Positions 42,201-51,386 of a stretch of 64,000 bases of DNA are shown here, in pieces. This DNA comes from Azolla caroliniana. Taxonomy: Eukaryota > Plantae > Polypodiophyta. Made by a program: the position numbers and the translations under genes. Under the pieces are notes generated by a model that was not told the DNA's origin, searched no databases, and saw only the letters and a program-made list of their open reading frames with translations. Every line of letters begins with the position of its first letter. Position 1 is the first letter of the stretch. The DNA is taken from the NCBI GenBank assembly GCA_043228905.1, contig JBHGNT010000009.1, positions 19,344,001 to 19,408,000 of the forward strand. Direction: 5' to 3'.

Positions 42201-43451
42201 TTTCTTTGAGTCGACATATTGCATACACCATTCCTTGTCCGTTAGATCTCGGTCAGGAAGGTCTTCGCCTCCAGTAGCGGCGACAATTTTCTTTTGGCTT
42301 ACATCACTATGGAGCTGAGATTTTGTCTCTTCGTTAAATAGAAGCTTTTTTCCTCTCTTTATGGTCTCCGGAGTTACCTTGGTCTGGGCTTCGATTGGAG
42401 AACCTTGTATGCGAAGCTTAATTTTCTTCACGGGTCGGTCTGACAGATTCTCAAACGACCTATTTAAGAAAGTATATGCAAAAACATAAGTTAGACAGTT
42501 ACGTAGATTGAAGTTGTTATTATAATGAAGAACAGTTTCTAGGAGCAGTAACATATTCAAAAATCTATTCTAGGCAAGGCTACTCAACCTAGAAAATATA
42601 TATCGTAATAAGTAAAACGGGTTATATATTCTTTTAAATAGTAGATATGACTTATATAGATTCTAAACCTATATTGATGAGAATTTGCCATAGTGAATGC
42701 AATTTGTAGATCATTTTCTACTATTTTAAGCTAAAGTAGGTCAAAAAACACCTATAATTAGAGCTTGTATTTGTCTAGAAGTAAGTAAACTCAACATAAA
42801 AAGACTGATTTTGACAGACAATTTGATAACATTTCCACCCCGTAAACGATTTTTCTCTCTCAAAGGCTACACTTTAAACACGAACTCGATACGGCGTATC
42901 GAGTTCCAGTTTAAAACATAGGTTTTAAACACGAACTCGATACGCCGTATCGAGTTCGTGTTTAAAGTTTGAATTTTAAACACGAACTCGATACGGCGTA
43001 TCGAGTTCGTGTTTAAAGTATAGGTTTTAAACACGAACTCGATACGCCGTATCGAGTTCATGTTTAAAATTCAAACTTTAAACACGAACTCGATACGGCG
43101 TATCGAGTTCGTGTTTAAAACCTATACTTTAAACACGAACTCGATACGCCGTATCGAGTTCGTGTTTAAAAGGTAAGTTTTAAACACGAACTCGATACGG
43201 CGTATCGAGTTCGTGTTTAAAACCTACACTTTAAACACGAACTCGATACGGCGTATCGAGTTCGTGTTTAAAACCTACACTATGAACACGAACTCAATAC
43301 GGCGTATCGAGTTCGTGTGTAAATATTTGTATTGTATACATGAACTCGATACGCCGTATCGAGTTCTTGGGAAACGAAACATATTTACAAAATTGTCCAC
43401 AGTGTCAGAGGCCTACCTGGACTCCTCGCGCTCGACTCTCTTGGAAGACAT
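39236..43451 (-). CDS. ParB/Srx-like domain fused to a beta-class N6-adenine/N4-cytosine DNA methyltransferase, ~974 aa, 6 exons
   Basis: GT-AG exons 43451-43417, 42459-40822, 40745-40607, 40523-40057, 39968-39676, 39588-39236 sum to 2925 nt with matching phases and no internal stop. ParB-like segment VFNLPITHI...PFIV...YFVIGGSHSAEARR. MTase motifs CGDVIDLI, MIADIPYG (motif IV), AWIKTN, NAIEYI, NPYQKPQRLMMRLIEMFS, GDWILDLFSGTGTTSACA (motif I), ALEKD. Confidence 0.85.
42873..43366. repeat. Array of ten 43-bp palindromes at 51-bp period with 8-bp spacers, in intron 1 of the MTase gene
   Basis: Unit TTTAAACACGAACTCGATACG-(G/C)-CGTATCGAGTTCGTGTTTAAA starting at 42873, 42924, 42975, 43026, 43077, 43128, 43179 and 43230, plus degenerate copies at 43281 and 43332. 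Confidence 0.95.
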
Positions 43452-44274
43452 GGTTGATTGTGTTGTGTGGAGGCGGAGATCGCGCTTTCGTGCTTTGTGC
43501 CTTGAGTGCTCTGTGTGCTCTGTGTGCTCTGTATGCTCTGAGTGCTCTGTACGCTCTGTACGCTCTGGTGAGTGAAATATGATGAGGTCTTCCTATTTAT
43601 AGGGATTGAACCCATGGTTAAAGTAACCATAGTCATCTTAACCAATGTTGGTAACTTTGAGGATAGTTAGTTTGTAACCATAGTCACATTAACTATAGTA
43701 ACTTATGATTGTATTAATGATTACAAAGTCAAACTAATATATTGATCAATCTTTTATACTCATAAGAACCTACAATCACTTCAAAGGTTATGAAGGAGAC
43801 AATGATAGAGGTTCATGAATGTACCAATGATTGATTATTAAAAGCAAAAATTTTTATGACTCTCAATAGTTATGTATTAAAGATGTGGGCATGAATTAAC
43901 CAATGATTGATAAGTCTAATATTTAAAATGGTGAGCCTTAAAGAATCAATGAGTGAGACGTTCTATATCAAAATGGGTGTCATTAATTAGCCAATGATTT
44001 TAACATTAATCCAACATATTCAAGGCTTGTTAATGATTAGTTTTATATTTTACTTGATTTAACATCATTTAGATCTAGTTTATATAATGATTGATAATTT
44101 AAGTTAAATTACTTTATTAAAAATAATTTTTAGATGTATTGTATTTTTATAGAATATTACATAATATAGACATTCTATTGATTTGGCTTTTGTTTAGAGA
44201 GAAGTTTATGTTTAGGGAGGAGTATATGGTTAGAGAGGAGTATAACTTAGAGAGCCCTATCTAGACCTTAAGCC

Positions 44275-47055
44275 ATGAGTGAAGATTCACCGTTCTCGAT
44301 TGAAGAATATTGTTTGTCATCAGACCCATCGTTTTCTACTGAAGAGTATTGTTTATCAACAGAGTCACCATATTCGATTGAAGAATATTGTCTTTCGACC
44401 GACTCACCATATTCTATCGAAGAATATTGTCTGAGCTCATCTACAGGGAATGCAAATAATGACACATGTGAAGAGTTCTCTATTGAAGAATACGATATTA
44501 ATAAAGATACCGGGAATGAAGGAAGTGCCCAGGAAACATTGAATAACATTGGCGATGGTCAGAACAGAGAATTAGACTGTAACAAGGTTACACCAACCTC
44601 TATGCAGGAAGAGAAATCTGGGAGCCCTATGCATATTAGAAGAATCCCACGAAGAATTCGTCTGGCTAGATTTAGCTTGGTGACATCAGATAAACAGATT
44701 GGATTTGATGTCAACAAAATATGTTGTGCCCGTGGTTGTATGTCTATGATTGGAAAATCAAAGTTGCGAGAATTAAGGCGATACTATTTTTCGATGACCG
44801 GTGATGAGCAAGACACTTACCTCGGATCACATATGCAACTAGTATCTGACAAATGTACGGGGATCAAAGTATCATTCGAGTATTATATCTTCCATGCGCA
44901 ACAGATATGTAGAGTTGCATTCAAAATTGTGTTATGTGTTAGTAACATGCGGCTACATAGAGTACAACAACGTCTACTTAGCGGGGATCAGATGCTCAAT
45001 TGTAAAGAGGTTCCAAGTATGAAAGGTGCAATTGGAAGACTAGCTATTGGCTGGATGAAAACTTACTTTCAGTTAAATTGTGAAGTAATGCCCACTACAG
45101 GTAGGATGCATCTTTCTGATAATTATACCCGTCGGGAAGTTTATGATGTCTATCGATCTGAAATGCTGGGCTCACGTAATAAGTCTATCACCTATAGCCA
45201 ATTCACAAGATTATGGAGAGCTCGGTTTTCAAATGTTATTATTCCTCGTAAAGTACGTATGGGTTATTGCTCCATTTGTGCAAATCTTAAAAGTTTGGCT
45301 AAAGGTGCAAAGACATCAATGGAAAAGGATACGAGTAAGAAGTTACTACAAGAGCATCGTGAGGCACAATCCTTAGAACGAAGGAAGGCGATGCATCATA
45401 GAGAGAAGTGTTTGAAGAGGCCTGAACAATACATGTGCTTAATGATAGATGGCATGGACCAGAAGAAGACATGCTTGCCGCATATGCGGAGGCTCCCCAA
45501 AGATGTCAATGATGAGTGCCTTGTTCAAATGCACTTGGTGGGATGCTTGGCTTATAATAGGTCTGTTCGACCTCACGTCTTCATTACTTACCCCAATGTT
45601 CACAATGACCCTAACCTAACAGTTACAGTGATTCACCGAGTTTTGATGTCTTGGGGACAACCTTTCCCCCCTGTTCTATACATTCAATTGGACAATACTG
45701 CTAGAGAGAACAAAAATTCAACTGTATTTGGCTATCTAAGTATGTTGGTCAACCTAGAATTGTTTAGGAAAGTGAAAGTCAATTTCCTTTTGGTTGGCCA
45801 CACACATGACCATATAGATCAGATGTTTAGCACATTCTCCAGACAGTTGTCTCGGCATGATGCTTTCACTTTACCTAAACTATTTGATGTCATTTGTGAT
45901 GCATATACACCACGCCCAAAAGTGTTACACTTGAAGGAGGTATATGACTTTAAGAGATATATATTAGATGGGGGTGGTGGGAATGTTAAAGTGCTTGCTC
46001 AGTTAAACAATATAAGTTTCAATCACATTTTTTTGATAAAGAAAAATGGAATAAGTGGTTCTACACTTTTGTATGCTAAACAATATTCATCTTCTACAAC
46101 ATGGGAACCTGAAGGTGGTTGCCAGTTATTACTTTGTATGCCGAGTACAATTGTCCATGGAGCTAAGCAAATGCCAATTGAGAAGAAAGGACAGTTGCAG
46201 AGCGACTTGGTATTAGAACAAAAACGGTCATGGCTCCAAGCCTTAGAAGAAAAAAGAAAACATATTGAGGCCGCCAAGAAATATGCCGCACAACAAGACA
46301 CGTCGTGGTGGGATGTATTTTATAGTGATCAGAAAGAAATTATAGACAATTGTGTATCTGTTGATAATTGGAATTTGGAAACGCCATTCACATGGTCGCT
46401 GCAACATGATCGCGTAAATAGAAGTCTGGAGCGACTAGTAAATGCGATTAATGACAGCTTGGTCCATCCACAACAAAGAGACATTTATGTGGGACCAAGG
46501 ATGACCAAAGCAGCCGAAGCTAGATGGCAAGGAAATTTGCAAGAGCTCACCGCGGGGATGTTGATTGCAACGCCGGCTGATGAGAACTCACATGGCCACC
46601 AATTTTGGGTTGGTAAAATTCTAGAAGTGCTAATGCATGAAATAGATAACACGATCAAGTCTATAAATGTTCATTGGTACAACACTAGACGTGCAAATGC
46701 TTTTACAGGTAAGTATACATTGGAGATGATTGAATGCCAAACAAGAAGGGGAGGTAGGAAGAGGAAGCGAAACATTCGTAACACCTCGACCCTTGATATC
46801 TCTGATGTGGATATCATCGTGTACGACTTCACACTTACAAAAGCCGGACGATTAAGGAAGTCAACAATAGATATAATAAAAGAAAAATTACCAGGTCTAC
46901 AAGGTGGCTCGAGTCAAAGGCAAACGAGATCTGCTACATATAATCTAGAGTCAAACCATTTGGTTTATGACGAAGATAATGCACTGATTGGTACATCCGA
47001 GGATGATGAGGAGGAATCGTCATTGTATATTAGTTATAGTAGTGATTCTCCGTAA
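44275..47055 (+). CDS. DDD/E transposase, Sola1-like, 926 aa, intronless and intact
   Basis: Cys-rich N-terminal half (CCARGC, ICRVAF, CSICANL...H) and catalytic-type motifs LMIDGMDQ, LYIQLDNTARENKN, FLLVGHTHDHIDQMFS. Lies inside the TIRs. Superfamily assignment rests on motif recall only. Confidence 0.82.
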   Translation: MSEDSPFSIEEYCLSSDPSFSTEEYCLSTESPYSIEEYCLSTDSPYSIEEYCLSSSTGNANNDTCEEFSIEEYDINKDTGNEGSAQETLNNIGDGQNRELDCNKVTPTSMQEEKSGSPMHIRRIPRRIRLARFSLVTSDKQIGFDVNKICCARGCMSMIGKSKLRELRRYYFSMTGDEQDTYLGSHMQLVSDKCTGIKVSFEYYIFHAQQICRVAFKIVLCVSNMRLHRVQQRLLSGDQMLNCKEVPSMKGAIGRLAIGWMKTYFQLNCEVMPTTGRMHLSDNYTRREVYDVYRSEMLGSRNKSITYSQFTRLWRARFSNVIIPRKVRMGYCSICANLKSLAKGAKTSMEKDTSKKLLQEHREAQSLERRKAMHHREKCLKRPEQYMCLMIDGMDQKKTCLPHMRRLPKDVNDECLVQMHLVGCLAYNRSVRPHVFITYPNVHNDPNLTVTVIHRVLMSWGQPFPPVLYIQLDNTARENKNSTVFGYLSMLVNLELFRKVKVNFLLVGHTHDHIDQMFSTFSRQLSRHDAFTLPKLFDVICDAYTPRPKVLHLKEVYDFKRYILDGGGGNVKVLAQLNNISFNHIFLIKKNGISGSTLLYAKQYSSSTTWEPEGGCQLLLCMPSTIVHGAKQMPIEKKGQLQSDLVLEQKRSWLQALEEKRKHIEAAKKYAAQQDTSWWDVFYSDQKEIIDNCVSVDNWNLETPFTWSLQHDRVNRSLERLVNAINDSLVHPQQRDIYVGPRMTKAAEARWQGNLQELTAGMLIATPADENSHGHQFWVGKILEVLMHEIDNTIKSINVHWYNTRRANAFTGKYTLEMIECQTRRGGRKRKRNIRNTSTLDISDVDIIVYDFTLTKAGRLRKSTIDIIKEKLPGLQGGSSQRQTRSATYNLESNHLVYDEDNALIGTSEDDEEESSLYISYSSDSP

Positions 47056-48079
47056 AGGAGTGATCATGAATGTATATTTGGCTATTAAGTGTAACTACAT
47101 TCCGCTTGTAACAAATCGAGTAATATAAAATCATGTGTTTTGAATTCTTATGATTTCCCAAAAATCATTTCTTATAAAATAACATTGGTTGTAAAGTTTG
47201 TGATATAAATTGAGAATGTATGTTTTTGAAATTCGTCTTTTTTTAGTTACTTCTAAATCACGAAAATAGTGGATTTTTAACCTTTTTCATAGTATGTTTG
47301 AACTTGTATGATACTGGTATCAATGTGTTTTGTAAAATCATTGAAAAACCCCTAAAATTTCCCTTCTCCTTCCATTTATGCGCGATCCTTCCACTTGTGA
47401 ACGCGAACGTGTTGAGAATCGTGAAGTAGATTGTGAAGCATCAACACACATATTAAAATCACCCATTAACAAACCAACACGTCCCACTAATAACCGTGGA
47501 TACATTGAAGACCATAACTCAATGCCTTGATTAGCATTATTGGGTGCATAGATTCCTACCAACCATATCAAATCCTCAAAATACTTGACTTCCATCACCA
47601 AAAAACGTCCATATGGATCATTATAGACTATATGTGGACAAAACGAATCACGAATTATCATGAAAACCTCTAAGTAATGATGTGATAACTGTCCTACATA
47701 ATATGCGGAATATCCACACAAATGTAACATAGAGCCTGCTAAATCATGACACTTATGTTCAACTGCACATAAAACATCCCAATCTTTATCAAATAAAGTT
47801 TTCCATAATATATATTTCTTATGAGGAGAAGATGCCCATCTCACATTCCATGATACCACTTTCATTTAACATCTTTGGTAAGAACTTGCTCTTTATGAGC
47901 AAGTGTATTCATGAATGTACTAACTACTTGTTCAAGAGCTGCATAAGGATTTGTGTGTACTACATCCCCTCCACCAATATTAGGGTTTTGTTGTCTAGCT
48001 CCACGAGAACGAAGTCCTTGATTATATTGAGGTCATATCACCCTTCCTGAAGAATCGAATTGTAATTGGTTGGAAAATC

Positions 48080-48118
<39 letters not shown>

Positions 48119-48120
<2 letters not shown>

Positions 48121-48358
48121 AACACTTTGATACAATGCTCTTCCTTTGATCATATTCGACCATGCTTTCCACATCTCTTCGACCAAGCCCAATCTTTCCA
48201 TGAATTCCTCTCACAACCACAATGTGCACTCTCGATTACAACATTCATTGGTAAAGTTCTTGAACATCGAGAGTCACAACTCATTTTGACACATATCACG
48301 TGAAAGGTAATATTTTTGGTCTCATAGGTCATATTTGACCTCCGAAGACGATAATATA

Positions 48359-48420
<62 letters not shown>
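48119..48420 (+). mobile_element. 3' fragment of a non-LTR retroelement ending in an (ATCT)n tail
   Basis: Closely matches the reverse complement of about 59543-59793. HTLIQC...HIRPCFPHLFD peptide; follows a (CT)n tract. Confidence 0.65.
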
Positions 48421-48422
<2 letters not shown>

Positions 48423-51386
48423 CTTTCTCCCCCTTACAACCTAAGTGCTCTTTGAGCCAAACCCCAATTTCTTCTTCTCTTGTATGTGTGTCTGCAATTC
48501 TCATTAATCGAAGTAGTGTTAATTTATGTGTTTGTGTTCTTTGACTAGTCTACATAATCTATAGCTTACGTTGTTATAGGACAATAGTGAGCTTTTTGGG
48601 TGATGATTGCCTTCAAGAAAGGTGAGGGAGAGTTTTCTATACGTTGAGGTTAACAAGGTTAGTGGTTCTAGAGTGCTTGACAACCACTCTCACCCTCGTG
48701 ATTTGCTACACCATGAAGTTCTTTTTGTCACTAAACCCAAAATTGGTATATCCAACATTGATTTCCCCCGATCATTTCTTGTAGGGATTGAACCCTTAAC
48801 ACTTATCTTAACAATGGTTATCTCTTGCTATTTGAGATATTTTTCAAAAATCTTTATGGCGATTAAAATTTGATGACCTGATTGGTTGATTACCATGAAG
48901 CCTAACTTTATTGTATTTTCTCCCTTCCACATGCCACATCATGAGAACACCATGTATAAATTTACCTAAATTCTTTCAAGATGAAGTATTTTGGCCCCTA
49001 AGTCTAGACCATGTACACGATCATAGTGAACTCTCATGGTTGGCATATGATTTTTCTTTTGGCCAACCTATGGAAGCAAGATATTGAATCTTTAATCAAC
49101 TTCAAAGTCCCTTGGTCCTTCATATATGTGACAAAATTCCATCTTCACCCTCACACTTGGGGCTAAGCTAAGTTTGACAAGAGTTGGAGGACAAGTGGCC
49201 CACTCACTAGTGTAATGATATGTACTCAACCAATTTTTGAGTTTAATATAACTCATTTTACTCAATGGTCTATGGATTGTATTAAAAAAGATGTGCTCTC
49301 ATCATGGATGGAGTTGGAATTTCTTCTTCATAAGTCATCACCTCCCAAAAATATAGAAAATCTCTATTAATCATAGCCATAAGATGTACATTCTAGCATA
49401 CCATGCTTTTTACTTTGAAAGAATCAATAATGTCATTGAGTGTAAACATTCGATGCAATGCATCGGATTCCCGTTGAACGCTCAGGGGCTCTTGCATTTG
49501 CTACCTTTCTCAATCAAAATAATATAAATGAACTACATTTCACTATGGAAATTATTCAAGATACTCTATTCTTATGACCCATGTGATTTGTTGATCTATG
49601 ATCAATAAACATTATTGGCCAAAATTTCAAAAAATCGAGAAAATTCCAACATATCTCATGGGACTTGTGTATGCCAACATGTTTAGCACAAATGGTTTGG
49701 TGTGGAAATTGATTTAAACCCATAATCAAGCACCTAGAAGCATAGTAAATACTCTGGCCCCATTATGAGAATAGAAATTAGTAATGGGGAGGTTGTTAAA
49801 GGTGAAAGTTCAGACACTTGAAATTAGTGCACATCAACATGATAATAAAGAACCTTAGGCATCATTATGTCGCATAAATTCTAGTGAAGAGTTCATGTGT
49901 ACATACATGTGATATTAAATGATAGTAAAGAACTTTAGGGATTATTTGTAGGATTAAAGTCTAGTGAAGAGTTGGTGAGCGCATACATGCTTTAACGTAA
50001 CATTCCAATTGAATTTGATGGACCAATCATAAAGCTCAAGGTTCAATCTCTCTTTCAACTTTGAAGGGTTGTGCATTGTACTAGCGAACCCCCAAGGATT
50101 TAGAAGTTCAAAACGCACACATGCATTGTAGTGTTGGAACTTAGAAGATATGAAGCATGGTTAATGATACTCATTGCAATATGAGAAAACTCAATTTGCT
50201 TCATGGACCAAAGTGGTAGTATAAATGGATGACAAGGCTTGGAGGGTATGAGACATGGTTAATGATACTCATAACAATATGGGGCAACTCAATTTGCTTC
50301 ATAGACCAAACTAGTAGTATAAATGGACAACAAAACAAGGGAGCTAGAAATTAAGTTTATAGATGCGGAATATGGATGCTTGATCAATCAACTTGGTTGA
50401 CAATTGAAATGTCAAATGACAAATAGGTAATGGGGCAACTCGACACATGACTAGACTTGAAGCTTTAAAATGCTCTACAAATGTGGTTATAATGATTGAC
50501 ATAAACAACGATGATTGTATACATTTTGACAAACGAGAAGTAAGGAGCAATAAGACAAAGCAAGGGACGATAAATTGTTTTTTAGCCCCATATGCATTCC
50601 TAACAATTCCTAACAAGCCTTGGCATTGGGAAGACACCTTCTTTTCCATATCAAAGATTCTCGATAATGGTTTTGGGAGGGTTATCTGCACAAAGGCATG
50701 TTGGAAGCCAATGAATGTCCCAAGGGCTTGGGGAAGAAACCTTATTGTCTATTCATGGTAAAGATCCTCTTATATGGGTTTCGAGAGGGGGTTAATCAAC
50801 ACAACGAAGACACGAGCGAAAGCGAGGAGGGTCCCAAGGGCTTGGGGAAGAAACCTTACAGTCCATAGCAAAGATACAAGATAACGGTTCTCGGGAGGGG
50901 GTTAATAGGCACGAAGGCATGCGAAAAGACGAGGAATGTCCATGGACGTGAGGGGTTGTGTGGCCGACACCTCAGAAAGGAGAAAACCTATACATAGTTT
51001 CAAAGGTCTTGTGGTACGCATACTCTTAATGGCCGCCACTACCAATGATAGTGGTGGTGTCTGGTTGAGATATTCTTGAGTTGTGTGATCACTGATTACT
51101 AAATAGAGAGAATGACCCCCCCCCCCCCCCCCTCTTCTTTGGTTCATTCTTGGGCCTAGATATGGGCAAAGGGCATTTCGGGAAATAAAAAATAATTCAG
51201 GGGCATTTTGGGAAATAAAGAAAATTTCAGGGGCATTTGGGGAAATAAAGAGAACCTCAGGGGCATTTGGGGAAATAATTGAAACCTTGAGAAGCAGAAG
51301 TTTCTTCTGGCTATGGCGCAAGAAGCTTCTTCTGAACTACTACTTCTTCTTCGTTCTGGTTCGCATTGTCTCCGTCTTCACCCGCC

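Larger units (their letters stand above)
38189..47412. mobile_element. 9.2-kb autonomous-looking TIR DNA transposon (Sola1-like) carrying a ParB-methyltransferase gene
   Basis: 35-bp TIR ACACGTTCGCGTTCACAAGTGGAAGGAT(T/C)GCGCAT at both ends with 1 mismatch. Flanking duplication TGAGAA (38183-38188, 47413-47418). Excision restores the LINE endonuclease frame QSTSRFS|LMDSPEQ. Confidence 0.92.
32271..48079 (-). mobile_element. L1-type LINE, 5'-truncated and disrupted, interrupted by three nested insertions
   Basis: ORF2 pieces join across the insertions: endonuclease MKVVSWNVR (47865) ... GDFN ... RLDRMY ... SDHFPI, RT (KSPGRDG, WRPISL, QGCPLSPLLF, ALADD) and C-terminal zinc finger CFCCTV|PLEDNTHRFIKC. 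T-rich tail at 32271-32280; possible TSD TAAGCTCTCTCT (32259-32270, 48080-48091). Confidence 0.85.

Noticed and set aside
42460-42560. N-terminus MNMLLLLETV... of the 580-aa ORF
   Set aside because: Most likely intron read-through. An acceptor at 42460-42461 joins in phase to the small exon MSSKRVEREES at 43451-43417.
42873-43366. CRISPR array
   Set aside because: Spacers are only 8 bp and recur, some as reverse complements. The repeats are perfect 43-bp palindromes, there are no cas genes, and the array sits in a spliceosomal intron.
39236-43451. Bacterial contamination as the source of the MTase gene
   Set aside because: The gene has five GT-AG introns and lies within TIRs inserted cleanly into a plant LINE.
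42867-43582. Repetitive ORFs (NTNSIRRIEFVFK...)
   Set aside because: By-products of the 51-bp palindrome period, which gives the same peptide on both strands.
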